A stretch of 64,000 bases of DNA from an uncultured Sulfolobales archaeon (GCA_938073905.1 CALJEN010000005.1:347363-411362); one strand, 5' to 3'. Counted from the first letter of the stretch, positions 43,455-53,128 are shown. Made by a program: numbers and translations. The notes: generated from the sequence alone by a model not told the origin.

Positions 43455-44522
43455 GTGTCGAGGGTGCTGAGGTCGATAGAGTGGCTCGGGGACAGGGTTA
43501 GGTGGATCAACACGCTGAAGCTCCCGTGGGAGGAGGAGACCGTCGAGACGACAGACCCCGAGAGGGTGGCCCTGGCTATCGAGAGGATGGAGATAAGGGG
43601 TGCTCCCGCCATAGGTGTCGCCGCGGCGCTGGCCGTCGCTCTGGCCGCCGCCAGGTCCACCGCCGGGAGCCTAGAGGAGCTGAGGCATCACCTCCACCGC
43701 GTAGTTGAGAGGATGAGGAGGACGAGACCCACGGCCGTCAACCTCTTCTGGGCCCTGAAGAGGATGGAGGCGGTCATCGACGCCGGGCACCGGGATACCG
43801 GGGAGCTGAGGGAAGCGGTCGTGAGGGAGGCCCTCCGCATATACGAGGAGGATATAGAGGTGAACAGGAGGATAGCCGAGGCGGGGTCTAAGCTCATAGA
43901 CGACGGCGATACGGTGCTCACGCACTGCAACGCGGGTGCCCTGGCTACGGTAGCGATAGGGACGGCTCTGGGCGTGATCAGGGCCGCCTGGGAGTCCGGG
44001 AAGAGGATAAGGGTCATCGCGACCGAGACGAGGCCCGTGCTCCAGGGAGCTAGGCTGACAGTGTGGGAGCTGATGAAGGAGGGCATACCGGTGAAGCTCA
44101 TAGCGGACACCGCGGTCGGCTACGTGATGAGCAGGGGACTCGTATCGAAGGTGGTAGTGGGTGCCGACAGGATCGTCCCGCCGGGCTACGTGGTCAACAA
44201 GATCGGCACCTACACGATAGCCGCCCTGGCCAGCAGACACGGAGTGCCCTTCTACGTAGCGGTCCCCACCTCGACCATAGACTTCGACGGCAGGGTGGAA
44301 GACATCGTGATAGAGGAGAGGAACCCCGACGAGGTGAGGACGGCGCTGTTCAGGCTCTACACGACGGTACCGACCGTGGAGGTCATGAACCCCGCGTTCG
44401 ACGTAACGCCGCCCGACCTCGTGGATGCTATAATAACCGAGCTGGGGGTCGTCGCGAGACCCATCGAGGTCGGCCTCCGGGAGCTCAGAGAGCGGAGGCT
44501 CCGGGGAGAGCTCGTACCTTAG
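43455..44522 (+). CDS. mtnA: Methylthioribose-1-phosphate isomerase / aIF-2B-related protein
   Basis: IEWLGDRVRWINTLKLPWEE..., MEIRGAPAIGVAAA, THCNAGALAT and VVVGADRI motifs. GTG 43455 is chosen because AAATATTT sits about 25 nt upstream. The ORF opens at 43206, inside the opposite-strand GNAT gene. Confidence 0.85.
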   Translation: MSRVLRSIEWLGDRVRWINTLKLPWEEETVETTDPERVALAIERMEIRGAPAIGVAAALAVALAAARSTAGSLEELRHHLHRVVERMRRTRPTAVNLFWALKRMEAVIDAGHRDTGELREAVVREALRIYEEDIEVNRRIAEAGSKLIDDGDTVLTHCNAGALATVAIGTALGVIRAAWESGKRIRVIATETRPVLQGARLTVWELMKEGIPVKLIADTAVGYVMSRGLVSKVVVGADRIVPPGYVVNKIGTYTIAALASRHGVPFYVAVPTSTIDFDGRVEDIVIEERNPDEVRTALFRLYTTVPTVEVMNPAFDVTPPDLVDAIITELGVVARPIEVGLRELRERRLRGELVP

Positions 44523-44650
44523 GCACGGGGTTCCGGAACCCGGGAGCACTCCTAGAGCCCGGCTCTCGAGGCGCTCCGGGAGGCTAGGAGATAAGCTTTA
44601 TATACCTTGTGACAACGTAACTGAGGATAAAGGTGTAGGGTGAGCGATAC

Positions 44651-45970
44651 GTGAGCAGAAGGCCCGCGAAGCCGCACATGAACCTGGTCGTGATAGGTCA
44701 CGTAGACCACGGGAAGAGCACTCTGGTAGGTCACACGCTCCTAAAGCTGGGAGCCATAGACCCCAAGACCGCGAAGGAGGTCGAGGAGGCGGCCAAGAAG
44801 GCCGGCAAGGAGTCCGAGAAGTTCGCCTGGTTCCTCGACAGGCTGAAGGAGGAGAGGGACAGGGGTCTCACCATAGCCCTCTCGTTCATGAGGTTCGAGA
44901 CGCCCAAGTACTACTGGACGATCATAGACGCTCCGGGTCACAGAGACTTCGTCAAGAACATGATCACCGGCACGAGTCAGGCCGACGCCGCTCTGCTGGT
45001 GGTCTCGGCGAAGACGGGCGAGTTCGAGGCCGGCATGAGCCCGGAGGGCCAGACGCGCGAGCACGCGATACTCGCCAGGACCATGGGCATAGAGAACCTG
45101 ATCATCGCGATCACGAAGATGGACATCACCGACCCACCGTGGAGCGAGGCCAGGTACAAACAAGTGGTGGAGGTGCTGAAGAAGTTCCTCAGGACTCTCG
45201 GCTACAGGGTCGACGAGCTGCCCTTCATCCCGGTCTCTGGCTGGCTTGGAGAGAACATCGATAGCCCCTCTCCCAACATGCCGTGGTACAAGGGCCCGAC
45301 GCTGGTCCAGGCTCTCGACGCGTCGAAAGAGCCTCCCAAGCCGGTGGACAAGCCTCTCAGAATCCCGATCCAGGAGGTCTACAGCATCTCGGGAGTCGGC
45401 ACCGTGCCCGTCGGGAGAGTGGAGACCGGTAGGCTCAGGATCGGCGACAAGGTGATCGTGATGCCACCCGGGGTCGTGGGCGACGTGAGGACCATCGAGA
45501 TGCACCACGAGAGACTGGATGAGGCTCTACCGGGCGACAACATAGGCTTCAACGTGAGGGGCGTCTCGAAGGACCAGATCAAGAGGGGCGACGTGGTTGG
45601 ACATCCGACCAACCCGCCGACGGTAGTCGAGGAGTTCACGGCCAGGATATTCGTTATGTGGCACCCCTCCGCGATTCACGTCGGCTACACACCGGTGGTC
45701 CACGCCCACACAGCGTCCGTAGCGGCCAGGATCGTCGAGATAATCGGCAAGCTCGACCCCAGGACCGGTCAGATAACGGAGAAGAGCCCGCAGTTCATCA
45801 AGGCCGGAGAGTCCGCTCTTGTCAGGTTCAAGCCGATAAAGCCCATGGTGGTAGAGAAGTACAGCGACTTCCCGCAGCTCGGCAGGTTCGCTATGAGGGA
45901 CATGGGCAAGACCATCGGCATAGGCACCATCGTCGACATAGTCCCAGCCAAGGTGGAGCTGAAGACCTGA
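44651..45970 (+). CDS. tuf: Translation elongation factor aEF-1 alpha
   Basis: NLVVIGHVDHGKSTL, DAPGHRDF and NKMD-equivalent TKMD motifs. 439 aa. GTG start. TATA GCTTTATATACC at 44594-44605. Confidence 0.97.
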   Translation: MSRRPAKPHMNLVVIGHVDHGKSTLVGHTLLKLGAIDPKTAKEVEEAAKKAGKESEKFAWFLDRLKEERDRGLTIALSFMRFETPKYYWTIIDAPGHRDFVKNMITGTSQADAALLVVSAKTGEFEAGMSPEGQTREHAILARTMGIENLIIAITKMDITDPPWSEARYKQVVEVLKKFLRTLGYRVDELPFIPVSGWLGENIDSPSPNMPWYKGPTLVQALDASKEPPKPVDKPLRIPIQEVYSISGVGTVPVGRVETGRLRIGDKVIVMPPGVVGDVRTIEMHHERLDEALPGDNIGFNVRGVSKDQIKRGDVVGHPTNPPTVVEEFTARIFVMWHPSAIHVGYTPVVHAHTASVAARIVEIIGKLDPRTGQITEKSPQFIKAGESALVRFKPIKPMVVEKYSDFPQLGRFAMRDMGKTIGIGTIVDIVPAKVELKT

Positions 45971-46003
45971 GCGCCGGCACCTCGCGACGCAGGGTAGTAG
46001 CTA

Positions 46004-46312
46004 ATGACCATGGTGAGGATAAGGCTCTGGAGCGTTAACGTGGCCCACCTGAACCAGGTAGCCGAGCAGATAGTCGAGCACGCGAGGAAGCTGGGAGTGA
46101 GGATCTCCGGGCCCATCCCGCTGCCGACCAAGAGGCTCGTCGTCCCCGTGCTGGTGCCGCCCCACGGAGAGGGGACTAAGGTCTACGAGAAGTGGGAGAT
46201 GAGGATACACAAGAGGCTAATAGACGTGGAGGCCGACGAGAGGTTCATGAGGCAGATAATGAGGATAAGAGTGCCCGACGACGTTTACATAGAAATAGAG
46301 GTACTGAAGTAG
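46004..46312 (+). CDS. rps10: 30S ribosomal protein S10 (uS10)
   Basis: 102 aa. RIRLWS...[12 protein letters not shown]...HKRLIDV. It lies immediately downstream of tuf, as in most archaea. Confidence 0.95.
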   Translation: MTMVRIRLWSVNVAHLNQVAEQIVEHARKLGVRISGPIPLPTKRLVVPVLVPPHGEGTKVYEKWEMRIHKRLIDVEADERFMRQIMRIRVPDDVYIEIEVLK

Positions 46313-46362
46313 CCGGGAGCGAGAGCTCTTTTAAGAGCGGGCTCAGCTAACATATTCTCGGC

Positions 46363-46449
46363 GCCGGGGTGCCCGAGCGGTCTAAGGGGCCGGCCTGGAG
46401 AGCCGGTGGGTCTGCGCCCGCGCGGGTTCGAATCCCGCCCCCGGCGCCA
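46363..46449 (+). tRNA. tRNA-Ser (GGA), class II, CCA encoded
   Basis: Acceptor GCCGGGG/CCCCGGC, D-arm CCC-GAGCGGUCUAA-GGG, anticodon stem CCGGC/GCCGG, loop CU-GGA-GA, 15-nt variable arm, T-arm GCGGG-UUCGAAU-CCCGC, G73. TATA CTTTTAAGA lies 27 nt upstream. Confidence 0.9.
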
Positions 46450-46628
46450 CCCGCTCACACCCATTCGGGGGCTAGGCTATCGGAGTTCGCGGGATCTCTC
46501 ATTCGAGTTCAACCCATGGAGCCGCCGGGCTTCTAGAGGTCCGGGGAACCAGCATCGAGAGCGTGTGGAGAGGGTACCGCTCGATACTCGGCTTTATAAA
46601 CTTCCTAATCCTGCTTTAACCTGAGAGC

Positions 46629-47135
46629 ATGCAGCTGGAGCCCGTTGGAACTGCCATGGTGTTCTACGGCCTAGTGCTATTCATGTTCACCTGGCAGCTC
46701 TTCGGCAAGGTCGACCCTAAGGCGGCCGGATACCCCATCGCAATGGCGGGCTTCATAGGGCTCCTCATGGGCCTCTACGCATACATAGGGCTGGGGCTAG
46801 CCCTCCCGGGCACCCTGGTGATCATATTCGCGGTAACCTTCATGATTGCCGGACTGTGGGGCGTCAGGGGTCTCGACCCCAAGACCCTAGCGTACTTCCT
46901 CCTCTACCTCGGGATAGCCGACGCTATCTACGCGGTCTACTTCGCCATAGTAGGGCTCTTCATATTCTCGGCCTTCTGCTGGGCCTGGTTCGTGGTCTAC
47001 ATGCTCTTCGTCCTCGCTCTCCTCACCGGAAAGCCGGCGTACGCGGCCGGGGCCAAGTACTGGTGCCTTATCTGCTCCTTCGCGACCCTGCTAGTCCCAG
47101 GCTTCTTGCTGATCGCCGGGGTAGTCTTCGGGTAA
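46629..47135 (+). CDS. Integral membrane protein (6 TM; possibly AmiS/UreI-like)
   Basis: 168 aa and almost entirely hydrophobic. TATA GCTTTATAAAC lies about 30 nt upstream. The family guess is weak. Confidence 0.55.
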   Translation: MQLEPVGTAMVFYGLVLFMFTWQLFGKVDPKAAGYPIAMAGFIGLLMGLYAYIGLGLALPGTLVIIFAVTFMIAGLWGVRGLDPKTLAYFLLYLGIADAIYAVYFAIVGLFIFSAFCWAWFVVYMLFVLALLTGKPAYAAGAKYWCLICSFATLLVPGFLLIAGVVFG

Positions 47136-47136
47136 G

Positions 47137-47163
47137 AGGAGTAGACCGTTTTTGGTTCCTCCT
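47137..47163 (+). terminator. Possible terminator: short hairpin (AGGAG/CTCCT) containing a T5 run
   Basis: It lies directly after the stop at 47135. TTTTT occupies 47149-47153. Oligo-T tracts are the usual archaeal termination signal. Confidence 0.3.
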
Positions 47164-47521
47164 TGAAGCTATTCCGCGAGACTGATGCGGTTGGACTCGA
47201 CAAACGCGCATGCTCTACGCGTTGAACGCCGGTCAGTCTCGACCGAAGCGTGCGTCTCAAGACGCCGGGTAGTGTCCCCGTTTGGGACCTGAGGTGCGCA
47301 ACGCGAAAACCTATCGATACCAGGCTCTGTGTTCGACGTAGCTATACTCACCGTCCTCCGCTCCGACCGGAGCTGGACGCTCTCGTCAAGCGATGCCCGA
47401 GGAACCCAGCATGAAAATATGTCCGCGACCAGCCGCTCCTCGGGGCTCAGGGTAGGAAGGAGGGCTCATACACAGACTAGGCCGCCGTCGGGAGTGAGAA
47501 GATGCCGCGGCGCGTCTTAGA

Positions 47522-49084
47522 TCATATCGTCTCGGGCATGTATTTTCTGATTATCGCCTCCGGGCTCTCCCTGAGGACCCTGACAGCCTGCGGGAGCTCG
47601 TGGAGTACGTCGTCCGGGGTGACCCCGTCCTCTCCGAGCCTCTCGGCAGCGAGGTCCCCGGCCAGCCCGTGGACGAGGACGCCCATCCTCGTGGCGGCTC
47701 CCGGGTCTCTGAAGCCTATCCCGTACATGGCAGCGATAGTTCCGGTGAGGACGTCGCCGCTCCCGGCCTTGGCCATCCCTGGGTTCCCGGTCATGTTTAC
47801 GTACACGTAGCCGTCCGGGTAGCCCACGAGGCTGTGAGCCCCCTTGAGGACTATGTAGGAGTTCAGATCCCTCGCCGCACTCCTCAGGGCCCCGACGGGG
47901 TCCTCCGAGACCTCGGCGGGCGGGATTCCGGAGAGGCGAGAGAACTCCACGAGGTGCGGTGTGATGATCGTCGGGGCCTTCCTGGACTTGACCACCTCGG
48001 GCGCGCTCGAGACGGCCGTTATCCCGTCCCCGTCTATGATGACCGGTCTGCCGACGCTCCCCACGAGCTCTCTCACGAGCTCCTGGGTCTCGGGGTTCAG
48101 CGAGACTCCCGAGCCGATTGCTACTACGTCTACGTCGAACTTCTCGACGATCTGGAGGACGTGCTCCAGGTTCTTCAGCGAGATGGTCCCCTCGTCTGTC
48201 TCGTCTAGCGGTATGTAGACGACCTCGCCGCACCTAGCTGCTACGTACGGTATCACGGACTTGGGAGCGGCCAGCCTCGAGTAGCCTCCTCCGGCCTTCA
48301 GGAAGGAGTAGGAGACGTAGTAGGGAGCGCCGTAGTAGTACCTGGCGCCGCTCACCGCTAGCAGCTTCCCGAACGTCCCCTTGTGTCCCCACCTGACCCT
48401 CTCGGGCACCGGCAGGGGGGCGTTGAGCTCCACCCTAATCTCGTCGGAGAGCAGGAGCTCGGGAGGGTAGGATAGTGGCGAGACGTAGAGCTTTCCGCAG
48501 TAGTGGTAGCCCGGGAACAGGATGTTTCCGAGCTTCGGCATCCCGAAGGTCACCGTGTAGTCCGACCTGACCGCGACTCCGCAGACCCTGCCGTTGTCCC
48601 CGTTTATCCCGGATGGTATGTCCACGCTCACGACCCTCCTGCCGCTCCTGTTGATGATCTCTATGACGTCCCTGTAGAGCCCCCTCACCTCGCCCCTCAG
48701 TCCCACGCCTATGAGGCCCACGACGACCGCGTCGAACTCGGGCAGCCTCTTCTCGAGCGCGGCGACGTCCTCGGGCGCCCTGACGTTCGTTACGGGTAGC
48801 CCCAGCTCGAGCGCGATCTCGTAGTTGCGCCTGGCCGGCTCCGGGTACTTCTCCGGGTCGCCAACGACAAAGACCTCCACCCTAGCCCCGCAGGAGTGGA
48901 GCCTTCTGGCCGCCACCAGAGCGTCGCCCCCGTTGTTGCCCGTCCCGGCGACTACCCCGATCTTCGTTCCGGAGCACCCGAACTCCCGGAGCACGAGAGA
49001 GTACACGGCCGAGCCGGCATCCTCCATCAGGAGGAGGTCGCTTATGCCGTAATCGCGAGCAGCTCTCGAGTCTAGCTCCTTCAT
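47522..49084 (-). CDS. nnr: Bifunctional NAD(P)H-hydrate repair enzyme Nnr (YjeF N- and C-terminal domains)
   Basis: 520 aa from ATG 49084. MKELDSRAARDYGI...GTGNNGGDALVAARRL is the epimerase domain. GSGDVLTGTIAAMYG is in the dehydratase domain. Confidence 0.9.
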   Translation of the reverse strand: MKELDSRAARDYGISDLLLMEDAGSAVYSLVLREFGCSGTKIGVVAGTGNNGGDALVAARRLHSCGARVEVFVVGDPEKYPEPARRNYEIALELGLPVTNVRAPEDVAALEKRLPEFDAVVVGLIGVGLRGEVRGLYRDVIEIINRSGRRVVSVDIPSGINGDNGRVCGVAVRSDYTVTFGMPKLGNILFPGYHYCGKLYVSPLSYPPELLLSDEIRVELNAPLPVPERVRWGHKGTFGKLLAVSGARYYYGAPYYVSYSFLKAGGGYSRLAAPKSVIPYVAARCGEVVYIPLDETDEGTISLKNLEHVLQIVEKFDVDVVAIGSGVSLNPETQELVRELVGSVGRPVIIDGDGITAVSSAPEVVKSRKAPTIITPHLVEFSRLSGIPPAEVSEDPVGALRSAARDLNSYIVLKGAHSLVGYPDGYVYVNMTGNPGMAKAGSGDVLTGTIAAMYGIGFRDPGAATRMGVLVHGLAGDLAAERLGEDGVTPDDVLHELPQAVRVLRESPEAIIRKYMPETI

Positions 49085-49224
49085 CTCTCTGACATAGCAA
49101 ACCTTCAACCTATACCCAGCGCGGTGAGGGCTCAACCTCGACCCCGCAGGAACTCTCGCACGCAGTATCTTATTTCGAGCTGGAGGGATCCCGCAAAGCT
49201 CTCTGATTGTCGAGCCGTAACGAT

Positions 49225-49854
49225 CTAGAGGAGGCCCAGACCCCTCAGGCCGCCCAGAACCAGCTCGACGGCTATCGAGGCTACGATGATCGACATGAAC
49301 TTCCCCAGGCCCCGCAGTACGGAGTCCCCGAGGTACTTGAGCGCTCTGTAGGAGTACCTCAGCACGAGGTATGTCATTCCGAAGGCAACGAGAGCTCCGA
49401 GGAGCGTTTGGGCGGGACCGTAGATCCTCGAGTAGACTATCAGCGTGCTCATGGTTCCGGGACCCACTATTAGCGGAGTCGCTATGGGGACTACAGCGAA
49501 GTCCCCTCCCCTCACCTCCTCGGCTCTCTCCCTCTCCAGGAGCATGTCTACGGCTAGCACGATCAGCAGAAGCCCTCCCGCTATCCTCAGGGCCTCGAGG
49601 CTTATGTTGAAGAACTTCAGCACGTACTCCCCGGCCAGGGAGAACGTCACGAGGAGCAGGAGGACGGTGACGGAGGCTCTGTTGACTATCCTCACTACCG
49701 CCTTCTCCATGCCCGCGCCCCCCGGGTGCGCGCCGCTCCCCACGTACGCCACGAGAGTGGGGATGGCTGCCGGGGGGTCCATGATGGCGAAGATGGAAAT
49801 CGCTACGGTGGCTACGTCGGATAACCTGAGCAGCTCCAGGAGGGAACCGGACAA
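49225..49854 (-). CDS. MarC-family (UPF0056) membrane protein
   Basis: 209 aa and 6 TM. The FAIMDPPAAIP motif is typical of the MarC family. Confidence 0.85.
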   Translation of the reverse strand: MSGSLLELLRLSDVATVAISIFAIMDPPAAIPTLVAYVGSGAHPGGAGMEKAVVRIVNRASVTVLLLLVTFSLAGEYVLKFFNISLEALRIAGGLLLIVLAVDMLLERERAEEVRGGDFAVVPIATPLIVGPGTMSTLIVYSRIYGPAQTLLGALVAFGMTYLVLRYSYRALKYLGDSVLRGLGKFMSIIVASIAVELVLGGLRGLGLL

Positions 49855-49863
49855 GAGGTCTCC

Positions 49864-51360
49864 CTAGCTTATCTCGGACTCTGTTGGGAGGTAGTTTATG
49901 GTTACCCCCTGGATCTTGGTCGTCCACCACCTCAGGTAGTCCTGGAGGCTCCTCCTCTCGGAGGGGGAGACGTTTATCCTCTTCCTCGCCCACTCGACCT
50001 CCTCTATCCCCACGGCCCCAGAGCCCTTGCTCGCCGCCAGCCTTATCAGCGCGTCGAGCTCGGCGAGCGAGTACCACTGGGTGGTGGAGACCATGTAGTC
50101 TACGGTCTTCTCCCCGACCACCCTGATCCCGTACCTCCCGACGTTCCTGAGGATGGCCTTCCTCCTCATCTCCCTGTCCGGGTAGCCCAGCACTATGGTC
50201 ACGTCCACCCTGCCGGGCCTGAGCAGGGCCAGGTCTAGGAGGTCCGGGTTGTTGCCCGTTAGTATCGTGAACGGCCTGTCGGCCCTCTGCAGGTGGTAGA
50301 GTATCGTCGAGAGCTCGCTCAGGTGCGCCTCGTGGATCGTGTACTTCCTGGACGAGAGGAACTCCGCGTCGTCGATCACTATGGCCACCTCCTTCCTCCT
50401 CTTGTAGACCTGGTTCAGTATGGCGTTGAGCATCTTCTCCGTAGCTCCGTACCACATCGACCGGTAGGTGAAGGGCTTCAGCTCGACCACCCTCAGCCCC
50501 AGGGCGTTGGCTATGGCCTCGGCCATCACGGTCTTTCCGACGCCCGGGGGACCGGTGATGAAAGCCCCCTTCGCGGCGAACTGCAGCCCCCTCTTGAACG
50601 GCTCGACCACCACGAGCTTGAGCTCCTCGATTATCTTCGACGGCAGGTCACCGAGGGTCCACTCGGGAGTCCTGAGCGGGATCTTGACCTCGCGGTACTC
50701 GCTGCCGTCGCTGACCACGGCCCTGATCTCCTCGACGCTGAGGGCCCTGTTCTGGACAGCTACGAGCGCGATCGGCTTGTACCCGAGGGACCCGACGCCC
50801 TTGACTATGTCGACGTAGTCTCTTCTGTACGCACCGACGGCCTCCTCCAGAAACCTCTGGGCCTCCCTGACGAAGGCCCTCAGGGAGCCCACGGCCTTTC
50901 TCGCGCTGCGCGCGGAGTTGCCCACTACGACCAGGGCCACCGGCTTGGTCCGGATGTTAAGCGGCGCGCCTCTGCTGAAAGTGAGCGAGCAGGATACCAG
51001 CTCGCTCGGGTCGAGAGACCCGTATGTCGCCAGCAGGACGGCCGGCATCTCGCTGGTGTGGCTAACGCCGTCCACGAGCTCGGAGACTATGTTCGTCGCC
51101 GCCAGGAGGTTCGCGTGGGCTAGGACTCCCGGGCTCAGTCTCTTGTTGTAGTTTATCCTCAGGACTAGGCCGGAGTTCCTCTCCCGGGGCTCGAGCATAA
51201 GCTCGTAGATATCCGGTGCGTACTTGGCGAGTATGGAGAGGAGCCTGTACGATTTGTAGCTCTCGCTGACGCTATAGTACGAGGCGAAGACCGTCCTCAC
51301 CCTGTAGAGGTTGCTCCACAGCAGCTTGACGTCGGCGACGTCTCTCAATCTCCCTCCCAC
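49864..51360 (-). CDS. AAA-family ATPase with an unassigned N-terminal domain of about 250 aa
   Basis: Walker A GPPGVGKT, Walker B AIVIDDAE, and LLRPGRVD (second region of homology). 498 aa. Confidence 0.85.
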   Translation of the reverse strand: MGGRLRDVADVKLLWSNLYRVRTVFASYYSVSESYKSYRLLSILAKYAPDIYELMLEPRERNSGLVLRINYNKRLSPGVLAHANLLAATNIVSELVDGVSHTSEMPAVLLATYGSLDPSELVSCSLTFSRGAPLNIRTKPVALVVVGNSARSARKAVGSLRAFVREAQRFLEEAVGAYRRDYVDIVKGVGSLGYKPIALVAVQNRALSVEEIRAVVSDGSEYREVKIPLRTPEWTLGDLPSKIIEELKLVVVEPFKRGLQFAAKGAFITGPPGVGKTVMAEAIANALGLRVVELKPFTYRSMWYGATEKMLNAILNQVYKRRKEVAIVIDDAEFLSSRKYTIHEAHLSELSTILYHLQRADRPFTILTGNNPDLLDLALLRPGRVDVTIVLGYPDREMRRKAILRNVGRYGIRVVGEKTVDYMVSTTQWYSLAELDALIRLAASKGSGAVGIEEVEWARKRINVSPSERRSLQDYLRWWTTKIQGVTINYLPTESEIS

Positions 51361-51522
51361 GCTCCAGTGAGTGAAAAACTATAACGCTAATAAGCTCGAG
51401 CCGAGCCGCGGCTCATCGTGTCGCCGAGGCCCCAGCAACCGCTCCCCCGGGGGCTTCGGCGAGCTGGCTGACCGCCCGGTGGGAAACTTATTAACTTGCG
51501 TGAGAGTATTGTTGGGGATGGT

Positions 51523-51840
51523 ATGGAGGCTTTCCCCTTCGAGATGCTGTCGGACGCTAAAATCGCGGTCGCCATCCTCATCCAGTTCTTGCTCGGCCTG
51601 GGGCTGGGCTACGTCTCAGTGAAGGCTCTCAAGTACGTCTTAGCCTTTATAGGCATACTGGTGTTGGGCTCGTTCCTATCGGTGTGGTCTCTGGGAGGGT
51701 CCATCGATAAGGTGCTAGCGAACCTGGGGGAGCTCGTCGGCGTCGTCAAGGGCTTCATGCTCGTGCTCGGCCTAATGACCGTCGGTCCCACGTCGGTGGG
51801 ATTCATAGTGGGAGCCCTGGCGGCTCTGCTGAGGAAGTAG
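51523..51840 (+). CDS. Small membrane protein (3 TM, FUN14-like?)
   Basis: ATG 51523 lies about 30 nt after the TATA-like CTTATTAAC. The segments are glycine-rich and hydrophobic. The family guess is weak. Confidence 0.5.
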   Translation: MEAFPFEMLSDAKIAVAILIQFLLGLGLGYVSVKALKYVLAFIGILVLGSFLSVWSLGGSIDKVLANLGELVGVVKGFMLVLGLMTVGPTSVGFIVGALAALLRK

Positions 51841-52304
51841 GGAGCTCAAATAGCCCTCACCTCGGCAACGCGGAGCTCTCGCAGGACATTCCCACCGCTG
51901 CCCGGCCCAGTGCAGACGCGGTGGACACCGCGCTCGGCTCCCTCTCCACCTTACCAAAGACCTCCGGCCGGCGAACAGCGTCTTTCACATCCATCCCACC
52001 ACCTTCCGCGCATCGGTCGCGCGCACCTACTGCGCGCTTCAGCGAAGCTCGGGAGCGAGACTGGACGCGACCGGGACGGCTCCCGAGCAAGCCCGAGGTT
52101 TAGGAGCAGTTCCCACCGGGGCCGGAGTGCTCCAGTGGCGCACCGGTATGAGGGAACAGGGGCTCGGGCAAGCGCGGGTTCTCGACCGGCCATCAGGGCG
52201 AGGAGTCGGTGTAGCGGGCGTCACGCGAGGGCTTCCAGCTTAATTTGCTCCTCAGGGCTCCGATCGGTGGGAGAGTGGGCAGGGACGAAGCGGTAGTCAG
52301 GAGG

Positions 52305-52637
52305 ATGTCAGAGCTCCTGAGGTCGGGAGCCGTAATGCTGGACATGGCCTGTCCCCTCTGCAGCGCACCGCTCTTCAGGCTGAAGTCCGGAGAGATAGTC
52401 TGCCCCACTCACGGATCGGTCAAGGTCGTCAAGGACGACTCCGAGGCCATAGAGATACAGTCCCGCGCTGTACTCGACAGACTGGAGGCCCTGGCCGCGA
52501 GTAGGGTGGGGGAGCTGACCGAGATGCTGCGCAGGGAGGACGAGAGAGAGCTGCTAGACCGGCTCGAGAGCTGGCTGGACGTGTTGGAGAGGGTGAGGAG
52601 GCTGAAGCTCATGGCCTCCAGAGAGGAGAGGAAGTAG
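52305..52637 (+). CDS. UPF0148-family zinc-ribbon protein (autoantigen p27-like)
   Basis: MLDMACPLCSAPLFRLKSGEIVCPTHG followed by a coiled coil. ATG 52305 is preceded by GGAGG. Confidence 0.7.
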   Translation: MSELLRSGAVMLDMACPLCSAPLFRLKSGEIVCPTHGSVKVVKDDSEAIEIQSRAVLDRLEALAASRVGELTEMLRREDERELLDRLESWLDVLERVRRLKLMASREERK

Positions 52638-52746
52638 TGCGGGGGGTGGGATTCGAACCCACGCAGGCCTGCGCCAGCGGGTCTCTCCACGAGGGTGCTG
52701 GAAGGTCTTGAGCCCGCCCCCTTTGGCCCGGCTCGGGCACCCCCGC
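52638..52746 (-). tRNA. tRNA-Leu (CAA), class II, with a 24-nt intron next to the anticodon
   Basis: Acceptor GCGGGGG/CCCCCGC, A73, D-arm CCC-GAGCCGGGCCAAA-GGG, anticodon stem GCGGG/CCCGC enclosing CUCAAG + 24 nt + A, long variable arm, T-arm GUGGG-UUCGAAU-CCCAC. TATA TTTATTA lies about 28 nt upstream. Confidence 0.85.
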
Positions 52747-52882
52747 CACTCAAGCTCTTCCGTGCGAAGGTAATAAACCCCCGCCGCCGACCGCTTATGC
52801 CGGAGGACCGACCGGGCTCCTCTCCCAAAGCGGGGAGAGCGAGGTTTATATTCCTACGCTCCCAAGGTATATAGGGAGCTGA

Positions 52883-53128
52883 TTGCCTGTCGCGATAGTT
52901 CTCATAAACACCGAGATCGGGGGCGAAACCGAGGTGTTCAACGTCCTCAAGACCGTAGAGGGGGTCAGAGAGATATACGAGACCTACGGCATGTACGATA
53001 TAGTTACCATCATCGAGGCCGCGAGCCACGATGCGATAAGGGACATAATAATGAACAGGATCAGGAAAATACCCCGAGTGAAGTCCACGACCACCATGAT
53101 CGTTATAGAGTACTCGAAGGTGGGCTAG
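52883..53128 (+). CDS. Stand-alone Lrp/AsnC ligand-binding (RAM) domain protein
   Basis: 81 aa. AIVLINTEIGGETEVFNVLKTVEGVREIYETYGMYDIVTIIEA follows the beta-alpha-beta-beta-alpha-beta RAM pattern. TTG start. Confidence 0.72.
   Translation: MPVAIVLINTEIGGETEVFNVLKTVEGVREIYETYGMYDIVTIIEAASHDAIRDIIMNRIRKIPRVKSTTTMIVIEYSKVG

Noticed and set aside
47522-50455. 977-aa ORF in the six-frame track
   Set aside because: Only the C-terminal 520 aa (47522-49084) is a coherent Nnr/YjeF protein. The upstream 457 aa is R/G/P/E-rich. It runs out of frame across the MarC and AAA ATPase genes on the same strand. This is the kind of open frame a GC-rich genome produces by chance.
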